From the NCBI GenBank assembly GCA_964534375.1, contig CAZHPN010000058.1, positions 1 through 31,828 of the forward strand: DNA of 31,828 bases. The letters run 5' to 3'. The notes beneath the pieces are model-generated. The model searched no databases. It worked only from the letters and a program-made list of their open reading frames with translations, and had not been told where the DNA came from. Positions 9,222-18,776 of the stretch are shown piece by piece. Source of the DNA: an uncultured bacterium (GTDB lineage: Bacteria > Lernaellota > Lernaellaia > Lernaellales > Lernaellaceae). Each line of letters begins with the position of its first letter. Positions within the stretch are counted from its first letter, which is position 1. The translations under genes were made by a program, and so were the position numbers.

Positions 9222-10257
9222 GCGCACGCTGGCCGTCTCGCTGCAAGGCCTCGGCAACGCCTTCCTGACGCTGCCGCTGGCCAAGGCGCTCGCCGCCGCG
9301 GGCGACGCGGTGACGCTGCTGACGCTGTCGCCGCGCGGCCTGCCGGCGCTGGCGCGCGCCCCGTTTCTCGACGACGCGCTCGCCGCCGGCGACCCGGCCT
9401 GGCGCGGCGCGGCCGGCCGCTGGCGGCTGCTGCGCGAACTGCGCTGCCGCCGCTTCGACCGCGCGGTCTTTTCGTTTCCGTCGGGCGCGAACGCCTACCG
9501 TTTTGTGCGGCTGACCGGCATTCCCGCGCGCTACGGCCATGCGTATCCGGAGGTCGGCCGCGCTGCCGGGCATCTGACGCACGCCGTCGTCCCGCTGCGT
9601 CAAGGCCATGATCTCGACCAGAACCTGCAATTGGCCGCGGCGCTCGGCCTGCCGCACAACGCGGCCGACCTCTGGCCGATCTTGACGATTCCGCCCGACG
9701 CGATCGATCGCGCGCAGGCGTGGCTGACGAAAAAATGCTGGGATCCGCACGCGCGCTATCTCGGCCTGCACACCGGCTGCGACGGCCAGTGGGCCGAGAA
9801 GCGCTGGCCGGCCGAGCATTTTGCGGCGCTGGCCGAGAAAATTTACGCGCAATACGGCCTGCCGGCGCTCGTGCTCGACGGCCCGGCGGAGGCCGGCAGC
9901 GGCCGGCAGGTGGCGCGGCTCGCCAAATCGCCGGTGCTGGCGATGGACGGCTACGGCGACCTGGCCGACGCCTGGGGCCTGATGGCGTTGTGCGACTTGT
10001 TCGTCGCCAACGACTCGGGCCTGATGAACCTCGCCGCCGCGTCCGGCGTGCCGACGGTCGCGGTGTTCGGGCCCAGCCAGGTGTGGCGCACGCGGCCGTA
10101 CGGCCCGCGCGGGCGCGCCGTGGTCGCCGGCCGCACGTGCGTGCCGTGCTTCGGCCTCGGGCCGTATGCGGGCTGCCCGTTCCCTTATCATCATTGTCTG
10201 ACGTACGTGTCAGTCGACCGCGTGGCCGCGGCGGCCGGCGAGTTGTTGGCGCGATGA
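9214..10257 (+). CDS. Glycosyltransferase family 9 (heptosyltransferase-like)
   Basis: 347 aa. QGLGNAFL, EKRWP, NDSGLMNLAAA, VFGPS and a C-terminal CVPC...CP...C motif. Confidence 0.85.
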   Translation: MAERTLAVSLQGLGNAFLTLPLAKALAAAGDAVTLLTLSPRGLPALARAPFLDDALAAGDPAWRGAAGRWRLLRELRCRRFDRAVFSFPSGANAYRFVRLTGIPARYGHAYPEVGRAAGHLTHAVVPLRQGHDLDQNLQLAAALGLPHNAADLWPILTIPPDAIDRAQAWLTKKCWDPHARYLGLHTGCDGQWAEKRWPAEHFAALAEKIYAQYGLPALVLDGPAEAGSGRQVARLAKSPVLAMDGYGDLADAWGLMALCDLFVANDSGLMNLAAASGVPTVAVFGPSQVWRTRPYGPRGRAVVAGRTCVPCFGLGPYAGCPFPYHHCLTYVSVDRVAAAAGELLAR

Positions 10258-12122
10258 AGATTTTGTATGTCGACCAGTATTTCACGAACCGCGAGGGCAT
10301 CACGGGCGCGCGCGGCTACGAGTTCGCCCGCCGGCTGGTGGCGCAGGGCCACCGGGTGACGCTGCTCGCTTGCGCCAGCCGCTACAGCATTCTCGGCGCC
10401 GAAGGCCAGCGCGGGCTGGTTCGCCGGGTGACGATCGACGGCATCGATGTGATCTCGATCCGCACGCCGTACGCGCAGCAGATGAGCGTCGTCGACCGCT
10501 TGCGCTCGTTCTTTTCGTTCATGGTCTGGGCGGCGCTCGTCGGCGCGTGGGCCGGCCGCTGCGACGTGATCTTCGCCTCGTCGACGCCGCTGACCGTGGG
10601 GGCGCCCGCGCTGTTCATCAGCCGTCTGCGCGGCATTCCCTACGTTTTCGAGGTGCGCGACCTGTGGCCGCGGGCGCCCATCGAATTGGGATATTTGCCG
10701 AACCCGTGGGCGCAGCGCCTCGCCCGTTTCGCCGAGCGGCTGTTTTACCGCGGCGCGGCGAAAATCGTCGCGCTCAGCCCGGGCATGGCCGACGGCGTCG
10801 TCGCGGCCGGCGAGCCGCGCGGGAAAGTCGTCGTGATCCCCAACGCCTGCGACAGCGACCTGTTCGCCGCGGCCGACCCGGCGGGCGTGCGCGCCGGGCT
10901 CGGCGTGCCCGGCGACGCGACGCTGATCATCCACGCCGGCGCGCTGGGCGTTTCCAACGACGGCGATTGGCTGCTCGATTGGGCGGCGCAGTGGCGCGCC
11001 CTCGGCCGCACGGACCTCTGGCTGCTGCTGCTGGGCGAAGGCGGCGAACGGCCGCGCCTCGAACGCCGCGCGCGGGCGGAGGGGCTCGACCGCGTGCTTT
11101 TCGCCGGGCCGGTGACGCGGCGCGAAACGGCGAACTGGATCGCCGCGGCCGATGCCGGCGTCGTCTCGTTCGCCGACAAGCCGGTGCTCGGCACGAACAG
11201 CCCAAACAAGTTTTTCGACTATCTCGCCGCCGGCCGGCCGGCGCTGGTCAACACCGCCGGTTGGACGGCGGAGTTGCTCGCCGAAACGGGCGCCGGCCTG
11301 GCGTTGCCGCGCGACACGAGCGAGGCGGCGCGGCTGACGGCCGAACTCGCGGACGACCCGGCGCGGCGGCGCGCCATGGGCGAGCGGGCGCGGGCGCTCG
11401 CGGTGCGGTTCGATCGCGACAAGCTGGCCGCCGAACTGACCGGCGTGCTGACCGAAGCCGCGGCGTGCGAAACGTGCGGCGTCGAACGCGCGGCGAAGCG
11501 GCTGACCGACATCGTCGGCGCGTGCCTGACGCTGGCGCTGTTCGCGCCGTTTCTGGCGGCGCTGGCGGCGGCGGTGGCGCTCGATTCGCCGGGCGGCGTT
11601 TTTTATCGCAGCCCGCGCGTGGGCAGAAACGGCCGGCCGTTCGGCATGTGGAAATTCCGCACGATGACGGCCGGCGCCGATCGGCAAGGCGACGGGCTCA
11701 ACGTCGGCGCGGACGACGCGCGCATCACGCGCGTCGGCCGCTTCCTGCGCGACTGGTCGCTCGACGAATTGCCGCAGGTGTTCAATATCCTCGCCGGCGA
11801 CATGTCGGTGGTCGGCCCGCGGCCGGCGCTGGCCGAGCACGCGGCGCTCTACACCGACGCGCAAAAAGCGCGGCTGCGCGTGCGGCCCGGCCTCACGGGC
11901 TGGGCGCAGATCAACGGCCGCAATCAACTGACGTGGGACCAAAAACTCGCCTACGACGCCGATTACGCGACGAGTTGGTCGCTCTGGGGCGACGTGAAAA
12001 TCGTGTGCAAAACCGTGGCGGTCGTGCTGCGGCGCGAAGGGCTGTACGAGCCCGACGCCGGCAAGGCCGACCCCTTCAACAAGTTTGACGATGGCGACCG
12101 CGGAACTCCTGACGCTAAATGA
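10254..12122 (+). CDS. Fusion of WbuB-like GT4 and monotopic phosphoglycosyltransferase (initiating sugar transferase)
   Basis: ATGA overlap; 622 aa. The N part has FEVRDLWP and SPNKFFDYLAAG. The C part from about 11496 has KRLTDI, KFRTM, RITRVGRFLR, SLDELPQ, MSVVGPRP and PGLTGWAQINGR. Confidence 0.9.
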   Translation: MKILYVDQYFTNREGITGARGYEFARRLVAQGHRVTLLACASRYSILGAEGQRGLVRRVTIDGIDVISIRTPYAQQMSVVDRLRSFFSFMVWAALVGAWAGRCDVIFASSTPLTVGAPALFISRLRGIPYVFEVRDLWPRAPIELGYLPNPWAQRLARFAERLFYRGAAKIVALSPGMADGVVAAGEPRGKVVVIPNACDSDLFAAADPAGVRAGLGVPGDATLIIHAGALGVSNDGDWLLDWAAQWRALGRTDLWLLLLGEGGERPRLERRARAEGLDRVLFAGPVTRRETANWIAAADAGVVSFADKPVLGTNSPNKFFDYLAAGRPALVNTAGWTAELLAETGAGLALPRDTSEAARLTAELADDPARRRAMGERARALAVRFDRDKLAAELTGVLTEAAACETCGVERAAKRLTDIVGACLTLALFAPFLAALAAAVALDSPGGVFYRSPRVGRNGRPFGMWKFRTMTAGADRQGDGLNVGADDARITRVGRFLRDWSLDELPQVFNILAGDMSVVGPRPALAEHAALYTDAQKARLRVRPGLTGWAQINGRNQLTWDQKLAYDADYATSWSLWGDVKIVCKTVAVVLRREGLYEPDAGKADPFNKFDDGDRGTPDAK

Positions 12123-13128
12123 CGCCGATCGCTGGCGCGCGCGGCTCGCGGCGACGCGGCTCGGCGATTTCTATCACGACCCCGCTTATCTCGCGGCGCT
12201 GGCGGCCCGCGGCGAAGGCGAGCCGTTGTTTTTCCATTATGCGCAGGGCGATTGCGCAGGTTTTCACGCCGTGCTGCTGCGCCCGCTGGCGGCGCTGCCG
12301 TTCGCGCACCCGTACGCGGCGGCCTTTGACGCGGTTTCGCCCTACGGCTACGCGGGGCCCGTGATTTCGCACGCGGATCGCGCGGCGGAATTTTGGGCCG
12401 CGTGGCGCGAAGCGGCGCAGGCGCGCGGCATTGTCGCCGAGTTCGTGCGCTTTCATCCGCTGCTGCGCAACCACGAGCCGTTCGCGGCCTGCCTCGACGT
12501 GCGCGAAGCCGGCGAGACGATCTGGCTCGATCTCGCCGGCGATTTCGAAGCCGGCCTTTCCGCCTCGTGCCGCCGCAACGTGCGGCTCGCGGCGCGGCGC
12601 GGCCTGGTCGTCGAACGCGCGGATTTCGGCCGTTTGCCGCAGTTCTGGGAAATGTACAGCGCGACGATGCGGCGCAAGGGCGCGGAGGATTACTACTTTT
12701 TCGACCTGCCGTATTTCGAGCGTTTCCGCGACGGCTTCGGCGACGATTGCTGGCTGATGCGCGCGCACGCCGACGGCCGCGACGCGGCGTATTCGATCTG
12801 CGTGCGGCATCGCGACCTGCTCCATTATCATTTGAGCTGCTCGGACGACGCGATGGCGAAAATCAAACCGGTCGATTCGCTCCTCGTGGAGACGGCGCGC
12901 ATCGCGCAAAGCGATGGCGTGCGGAAATTTCATCTGGGCGGCGGCTATCGCGGGCGCGATTCGCTGCACGAATTCAAAGCGCGCTTTTCGCCGGAGCGCG
13001 CGACGTTTTATGTCGGCCGCGCGGTGCACGACGCGGACGCGGTCGCCCGGCTGACCGAACTCGCCGCGGCCGCGGGACAGGCGCCGGCCGATCCGAATTT
13101 TTTCCCGCCCTACCGGAGCCGGCGATGA
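12091..13128 (+). CDS. GNAT-fold FemAB-like acyl/aminoacyl transferase
   Basis: 345 aa. SPYGYAGP, EFVRFHPL, YYFF, FHLGGG, LHEFKARF and FFPPYR. TTG at 12085 is an alternative start. Confidence 0.75.
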   Translation: MATAELLTLNDADRWRARLAATRLGDFYHDPAYLAALAARGEGEPLFFHYAQGDCAGFHAVLLRPLAALPFAHPYAAAFDAVSPYGYAGPVISHADRAAEFWAAWREAAQARGIVAEFVRFHPLLRNHEPFAACLDVREAGETIWLDLAGDFEAGLSASCRRNVRLAARRGLVVERADFGRLPQFWEMYSATMRRKGAEDYYFFDLPYFERFRDGFGDDCWLMRAHADGRDAAYSICVRHRDLLHYHLSCSDDAMAKIKPVDSLLVETARIAQSDGVRKFHLGGGYRGRDSLHEFKARFSPERATFYVGRAVHDADAVARLTELAAAAGQAPADPNFFPPYRSRR

Positions 13129-13862
13129 CGCACGACATGCGCGGCTTTTATGACGATCCGGACGAGCAGCGGAAATGGGGCGCCGACCTCGTCGCGGCCG
13201 GCCTGAGCCCGATCGAGGAGCGGCTCGTCGCCGCCCATTTTGCGCCCGGCGCGCGCGTGCTCGACGTCGGCTGCGGCGGCGGCCGCGAGGCCTTCGCGCT
13301 GGCGGCGCGCGGCTTCGCGGTGACCGCGGTCGATTACACGCCGGCCTTCGTCGCGGCCTGCCGCGCCGGCGCGGCGGCGCGCGGCCTGGCGATCGACGTG
13401 CAGCAGGCCGACGCGGCGGCGCTGCCCTTCGCCGACGCGTCGTTCGAGCACGTGGTGATGATCGGCCAGCTTCTCGGCCACCTGCGCCCGCGCGCGCGGC
13501 GGCTGCAGGCGCTGGCCGAAATCCGCCGCGTGATGAAGCCCGGCGTCGCGCTCGTCTCGACCAACGCCGTCGAGCGCCGGTGGCGTTACGCCGCGTATTT
13601 TTTCGCGGTGAACCTCGGCCGGCGGCTGCGCAATCCGCACGGACTGGAGCCGTTCGACGCCTTCGTGCGCCGCGTCGGCGGCAAGCCGGCCGCGGGCGAG
13701 GCGCGCCCGGTTTTTCATTGGTATCGCGCCGTCGATTTCCGCCGCGACGCCGCCGCCTGCGGCTGGCGGGTGATCGCGACGGCCCGCCGCTGGGAAACCG
13801 AGCCGCCGCCGCCCGAGCCGTCGGTGCACGGCGAAACGTTCTACGCGCTGCGAAAGGAATGA
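13125..13862 (+). CDS. Class I SAM-dependent methyltransferase
   Basis: ATGA overlap; 245 aa. VLDVGCGGG, AVDY, DAAALPFADASFE and EIRRVMKPG. Confidence 0.85.
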   Translation: MTHDMRGFYDDPDEQRKWGADLVAAGLSPIEERLVAAHFAPGARVLDVGCGGGREAFALAARGFAVTAVDYTPAFVAACRAGAAARGLAIDVQQADAAALPFADASFEHVVMIGQLLGHLRPRARRLQALAEIRRVMKPGVALVSTNAVERRWRYAAYFFAVNLGRRLRNPHGLEPFDAFVRRVGGKPAAGEARPVFHWYRAVDFRRDAAACGWRVIATARRWETEPPPPEPSVHGETFYALRKE

Positions 13863-14977
13863 CCGTGGACAAGAAACAAATCGACCTGGTGCAGCCGACG
13901 CTGGTCCCGTGGGTAGAAGTCGAGCCGCTCTTCGCCGAAGTCTGGCGCAGCGGCCGGCTGACGATCGGCCCGCACACGGAAAAGTTCGAGCGCGCCATGG
14001 CCGAGTTTCTCGGCGTGCGCTACGCCGTCGCGGTCAATAGCTGCACCAGCGGCCTGATGCTCGCGCTGCGCGCGCTGGGGCTCGACGCCGGCGAGGTCAT
14101 TATCCCCAGCTTCACGTGGACCAGCACCGGCCTCGCCCTCGCCTGGAACGGCCTGACGCCGGTCTTCGCGGACATCGCCCCGGGCGTGTGCACGCTCGAT
14201 CCGGCCGACGTGCGCCGCCGCCTGACGCCCGCGACGCGCGCGATCATCGCGGTCAACGCCTTCGGCATTTACCCGGACATGGACGCTTTGCAGGCCGTGG
14301 CCGACGAGGCGGGCGCGATCCTGCTGTGCGACAGCGCGCAAGCGATCGGAGCCGTGTGCAACGGCCGGCGCGGCGGCGGCCTGTGCCGGGCCGAGATTTT
14401 TTCGTTCTCGCCGACGAAGGTGGTCACGGCGATCGAGGCGGGCCTCGTGGCCACCGACGACGAGCCGCTGGCGCGCCGCGTGCGGCAGATGCGCGACTAC
14501 GGCAAGTCGGTCGACGCCAGCGACATCGAACACCTCGGGCTGTCGGCGCGGATCAGCGAGTTTCACGCGATCGTGGGTCTGGCGAATCTGCGGCGGGTCG
14601 ACGCGCTGATCGCCGCCCGCGCCGAACTCGCGGCGGCCTACCGCCGCGGCCTGGCGGACATCGAAGGGCTGGCGTTCCAAACGATTCCCGAGGGCTGGAA
14701 GTCGAGTTGGAACTACTTCGTCGTCTTTTTCGATCCGGCGCGTTACGATCGCGACGCGATCTGGCGGCGCATGGCCGCGGCGCACGTTTACACCAAGCGC
14801 TATTTTTATCCGGCGCTGCACCGGCAGACGGTGTACCGCCACCTGCCGCCGCCGTCGCCGCCGCTGACTGTCACCGAGCGGACCGCTGCGACCGCCTTGG
14901 CGTTGCCGTTTTACTCGCACATGCACGCGGACGACGTGGCCGAGGTTTGCGTCCGTTTGAAGCAGGCTTTACACTAG
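13859..14977 (+). CDS. DegT/DnrJ/EryC1/StrS family PLP-dependent sugar aminotransferase
   Basis: ATGA overlap; 372 aa. NSCTSGL, PSFTW, DSAQA, SFSPTK (PLP lysine) and LALPFY. Confidence 0.92.
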   Translation: MTVDKKQIDLVQPTLVPWVEVEPLFAEVWRSGRLTIGPHTEKFERAMAEFLGVRYAVAVNSCTSGLMLALRALGLDAGEVIIPSFTWTSTGLALAWNGLTPVFADIAPGVCTLDPADVRRRLTPATRAIIAVNAFGIYPDMDALQAVADEAGAILLCDSAQAIGAVCNGRRGGGLCRAEIFSFSPTKVVTAIEAGLVATDDEPLARRVRQMRDYGKSVDASDIEHLGLSARISEFHAIVGLANLRRVDALIAARAELAAAYRRGLADIEGLAFQTIPEGWKSSWNYFVVFFDPARYDRDAIWRRMAAAHVYTKRYFYPALHRQTVYRHLPPPSPPLTVTERTAATALALPFYSHMHADDVAEVCVRLKQALH

Positions 14978-15023
14978 CCGCCGATTTTCCAACGTCCACG
15001 AGCGCCGGGCGGGTTTCACGACG

Positions 15024-15782
15024 ATGGGCCAACTTTTTTCGAGCTTTCCCTACGGCTTGACGCTCGTGCTGATGATCGTCGCGATCGTCCACTATTTCCG
15101 CACGCGGCCCGACGGGTACTGGTTCTTCGTCATCATTTTTCTCGGGCCGCTGGGCGCGATCGCCTATTTGGTCGTGAACGTCGTCATGCCGCTCGCCGGG
15201 GCCGGCGGGGCGGGCATCGAAGGCCGGGCGACGTCGATCTTCGCCGAGCGGCGGCGCATCCGCGAGCTGGAGATCAAGATCGAGGAGAACAATCTGCCGA
15301 TCCATTGCGCGGAACTCGGCGAGATTTTCTATCGGCGCGGCGAGTACGAACGCGCCGAGCCGCTGCTGCGCCGCGCCGCCGAGAAACTCGACTACGAACC
15401 GCAGCCGACGTTTTATCTGGCGTTGACGCTGGAGAAACGCCAAAAACCGCAAGAGGCCGCCGCGCTGTTGGCGCCGATCGTCCAAAAAGACCCGCGGTAC
15501 AAATTCGGCGAGGCGCTGCTGGCCTACGCCCGCGACCTGGCGGCCGCCGGGCGGGCCGCCGAGGCGAAGGCCGCGTTCGAGCAGGTGAACGCGCAATCGA
15601 CGCTGCCCGAGGCGCGCGTCCGTTACGGCTTGCTGCTCGCCGAAACCGGCGACCTCGCCGGCGCGCGCGTCCAATTCGAAACGGCGATTCGCGAGAGCCG
15701 CGGCCTGCCGCGCCACAACCTGCGCGCCGCCCGGCCTTACATCCTGCAGGCCCGGGCCTGGCTAGCGCTGCATCGCGGTTGA
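15024..15782 (+). CDS. Membrane-anchored tetratricopeptide-repeat protein
   Basis: 252 aa. Two N-terminal TM helices (HYFR...YWFFVIIFLGPLGAIAY) are followed by several TPR-like helical repeats. Confidence 0.75.
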   Translation: MGQLFSSFPYGLTLVLMIVAIVHYFRTRPDGYWFFVIIFLGPLGAIAYLVVNVVMPLAGAGGAGIEGRATSIFAERRRIRELEIKIEENNLPIHCAELGEIFYRRGEYERAEPLLRRAAEKLDYEPQPTFYLALTLEKRQKPQEAAALLAPIVQKDPRYKFGEALLAYARDLAAAGRAAEAKAAFEQVNAQSTLPEARVRYGLLLAETGDLAGARVQFETAIRESRGLPRHNLRAARPYILQARAWLALHRG

Positions 15783-15798
15783 ACAGGGAGCTTGCGAG

Positions 15799-17211
15799 AT
15801 GAGCTCATCCACGAAAGTCGGCCGCAACGATCCGTGCCCCTGCGGCTCGGGCAAGAAATACAAGAAATGCTGCCTCGACAAGGACGAGGCTGCCGCGCGC
15901 GAGCAGCGCGCCGCAGCGCAAGCGCCGCCAGCCGACGCGGAACCGCCCGGCCAATCGCCGGCGACAGCCGCGCCGGGGCCGGACTACAACCCGACTCCAG
16001 ATCAACTGAATAAACTCTACGAATGGGTTTTCTTCGGCGAGAATCGCGCCCATATCCGACGCGCGCAAGAATATTTCTCCGAGCCGTATCTGACGGGAAA
16101 ATCGCCCGTGCCCGAAGGGGCGCAGGGAATCGTCGCGGCCTGGACGGCGTTCGGCTATCGGACCATCCGCGGCCGCACGCTCGCGGATATGTACCTCGCG
16201 CGCTTCGCCAACAGGTTGTCCGCGGCGGACCGGGAATTTCTGATGATCCGCATGGCCGAGCCGTTCCGGATGTTGGAAGTCACGCGCATCGGGCCGGGCG
16301 ACCAGTTGACCGTGCGGGACCTGTTCTCGCACAAGGAATTCGTGGTTCGCGAGCCCGCGCCCGGCAAGAAAATGCGCCGGTGGGATTACGTGCTGGCCCA
16401 TCTCGGACCCCATGGCGACTACGCGACTTTCGACGCGGCGCTTGTCGTGTTTCGCCCGACGAGCGATATCGCGCTGAGTCGCCTCGACGACATTTTGTTC
16501 GAAATGCAAACACAGAACCCGCGGGCTGGGCATGCGGATGTCCTGCGGGAGCGCCTCCCCGAAATTATCGAAATCGCGTTGGAGAGCCGCACGGAGACGT
16601 ACGTTTCGGCGGCGCATCGGCTGACCAACCGCGACCTCGAATGGTCCGATTTCGTCTGCGGGGCAAGCTACCGGCTGCTCAACGCGCACGTGACGCGCAA
16701 CGCGCTGGACGCACACCGCCGATTCGAGCAAATCAGCTTCGATCTTTATCATTGGTACGCTCGCCAGCGGCGCCGACGACGAGAGAGGCTGCGGCAGCCG
16801 AGGTTTCTCGGCCAAATTGCGATTTGCGAGGGAATGTTGTATTTGGAGGCGGATTCGCCGCAACTCCTGGCGCGCGGCAAGGCCATGCTGAATCGCGCCG
16901 TCGGCCCGCACGTCCGACATCTGCGGGATTCATTCGCGAACCGCGAATCCAAGCGCGGGCAAATCTCTTCCGTCGAACAGGACGGCGACGAAATTGCCGC
17001 GACAATGCACGACTACTTTCGCAAATGGCTGGATCTGGCCCTGCCGGAACTGGACCGCCGAACGCCGCGCCAGGCGGCCGCCGACCCCGTCCGGCGCCCG
17101 ATTCTGATCGAGATCGTCAAAAACATGGAAAACGAACGCCCGGCCCCGGGCGCGCTGGAGTTCGATTTCACCGAGATCAAACGCGAGTTGAAACTGACGG
17201 AGATTCTGTAG
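15799..17211 (+). CDS. SEC-C zinc-motif protein with C-terminal Xre/MbcA/ParS-like domain, paralog A
   Basis: [18 protein letters not shown] at the N-terminus and [18 protein letters not shown] at the C-terminus. An RBS-like AGGGAG lies upstream. Confidence 0.8.
   Translation: MSSSTKVGRNDPCPCGSGKKYKKCCLDKDEAAAREQRAAAQAPPADAEPPGQSPATAAPGPDYNPTPDQLNKLYEWVFFGENRAHIRRAQEYFSEPYLTGKSPVPEGAQGIVAAWTAFGYRTIRGRTLADMYLARFANRLSAADREFLMIRMAEPFRMLEVTRIGPGDQLTVRDLFSHKEFVVREPAPGKKMRRWDYVLAHLGPHGDYATFDAALVVFRPTSDIALSRLDDILFEMQTQNPRAGHADVLRERLPEIIEIALESRTETYVSAAHRLTNRDLEWSDFVCGASYRLLNAHVTRNALDAHRRFEQISFDLYHWYARQRRRRRERLRQPRFLGQIAICEGMLYLEADSPQLLARGKAMLNRAVGPHVRHLRDSFANRESKRGQISSVEQDGDEIAATMHDYFRKWLDLALPELDRRTPRQAAADPVRRPILIEIVKNMENERPAPGALEFDFTEIKRELKLTEIL
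15823..15984 (+). repeat. Direct repeat 1A (copy B at 17325-17486)
   Basis: The first 56 nt are identical; 11 mismatches over 162 nt by hand alignment. Confidence 0.9.
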
Positions 17212-17216
17212 GCGGC
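17122..17216 (+). repeat. Direct repeat 2A (copy B at 18687-18781)
   Basis: 8 mismatches over 95 nt, extending past the TAG into GCGGC. Confidence 0.9.
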
Positions 17217-17312
17217 CGATTCGATCGATGCCAACCGCCGGCCCAACGTCGCCAGTGGTGTTTTGCCGATGACGAACGAAATCCAAGCCCCGGTCAACGA
17301 CGGAGTCCGCGC

Positions 17313-18776
17313 ATGAAAATCGGGCGCAACGATCCGTGCCCCTGCGGCTCGGGCAAGAAATACAAGAAATGCTGCCTCGAAACGGACGAGGCCGCCGCGC
17401 GCGAGCAGCGCGCCGCCGCGCAAGCGCCGCCGGCCGAGGCGGAGCCGCCCGGCGAAGCGCCGGCGACCGCCGCGCCGCGGCCGGACCGCTTGTCGATCGC
17501 GACCGCGGCGAACGCGAAGCTCTCGCCGCCATATCGCGCACCCATGGAGCGGCTCGTTGGTTGGGTTGCCGCCAAGGAAAATCGCGCGCACGTCCAGCGG
17601 GCGCTCGACTGTTTCCGCCGCCGCTGGCTTATCGACCAATGGGACGACATGACGCTGCAAATCGCAAGGGATTGGATGTTGATCGGCTATCAAACCAGTC
17701 GCGGCCGGACCCTGGCGCAAACGTTCCTGTCGCGCGAGGGGCATCGTTTGCCGACGGCGGAGCGCGAGAGCCTGGCGAGGTTGATTGCGGAGCCATATCG
17801 GCTGTTGGAGGTCATTGACCTCCAAACGGACGGCGGGTGCACGGCCCGCGACGTGTATTCGGGCAAGGAATTCCGGTTGCGCGATTGGTCGGCGATCGGC
17901 GAACTGCGACGGTGGGATTTCTTCCTGGCCCGGCTGCAAAGCGTCGGCGACGACTGGGAGGTTGGCGCCGCGATCGCCGGCGATCGCCGAATCCGCCAGG
18001 CCGTCTTGAATACCGTCAACCACTTGCTTGCCGAACTGCAACCGAAAAACCCGCGCGTCGGGCACGCCGAGGTCCTGCGCGTGCGCCTGCCCGACGTCAT
18101 CGAAGCGTTTTTGGAATGCCGGAACCAGCAGTCGCTTCCGGACATTGGGGAGAACATCGACGACGCCATTCCACGGCCCTATGTCGCCACATATCGCGTC
18201 CTCAACGCGGCGGGCCTGCGCGAGGCGCTGTCGCTCAACGGACCTTTCTTGGGCGACGGCCTCGATCGTTACATTTGGGCGGGGCGCCGCGGGCGCCAAC
18301 CGAAACACCGGCGGCGGCTGCGAGGGCGACCGCGGATCGTTCTTGCGGGCCTCTCCATCGACCGCGGATTCTTCTTCCTGGACGCGATATCGCGCGCGTT
18401 TCGCCGCAAGGGCAAGGCGCGGATCGAGAAACTCGCCGCGGCGCATCTGCAGCACATTGTCGATTGCCGCGAGGTTTCCGTGAAAAACGTCGCGATCGCC
18501 AACCGTCCGCGCGACTTGCCGGAAGCTCCGCCGCTGACCGACGCCGAGAAAAGGCGGATCGCCGACTCGCTCGACAATTATTTTCGCGAGTGGCCCGACC
18601 GGATCGTGACGGCATTGGCCGGATTGACGCCGCGGCAGGCCGCCGCCGAACCCGAGAACCGCCCATATCTCGTCGAGTTGGTTCAGAACATGGAAAACGA
18701 ACGCCCGGCCCCCGGCGTGCCGGAGTACGATTTCACCGAGATCAAGCGAGAATTGCAACTGACGGAGATTCTGTAG
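17313..18776 (+). CDS. SEC-C zinc-motif protein with C-terminal Xre/MbcA/ParS-like domain, paralog B
   Basis: ATG preceded by GGAG; 487 aa. [21 protein letters not shown] and [18 protein letters not shown]; colinear with paralog A. Confidence 0.8.
   Translation: MKIGRNDPCPCGSGKKYKKCCLETDEAAAREQRAAAQAPPAEAEPPGEAPATAAPRPDRLSIATAANAKLSPPYRAPMERLVGWVAAKENRAHVQRALDCFRRRWLIDQWDDMTLQIARDWMLIGYQTSRGRTLAQTFLSREGHRLPTAERESLARLIAEPYRLLEVIDLQTDGGCTARDVYSGKEFRLRDWSAIGELRRWDFFLARLQSVGDDWEVGAAIAGDRRIRQAVLNTVNHLLAELQPKNPRVGHAEVLRVRLPDVIEAFLECRNQQSLPDIGENIDDAIPRPYVATYRVLNAAGLREALSLNGPFLGDGLDRYIWAGRRGRQPKHRRRLRGRPRIVLAGLSIDRGFFFLDAISRAFRRKGKARIEKLAAAHLQHIVDCREVSVKNVAIANRPRDLPEAPPLTDAEKRRIADSLDNYFREWPDRIVTALAGLTPRQAAAEPENRPYLVELVQNMENERPAPGVPEYDFTEIKRELQLTEIL

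Noticed and set aside
574..14977. Long N-terminal extensions in the ORF track (574, 2360, 3397, 6517, 7941, 9720, 12393, 13175) and many Arg/Ala/Pro-rich overlapping ORFs
   Set aside because: These are shadow frames of GC3-rich genes. Family motifs begin only at the stop/start overlaps.
16023..18776. 917-aa ORF or programmed frameshift fusion of the two SEC-C genes
   Set aside because: The upstream part is off-frame translation of paralog A with no protein-like features. Paralog B has its own GGAG and ATG at 17313.
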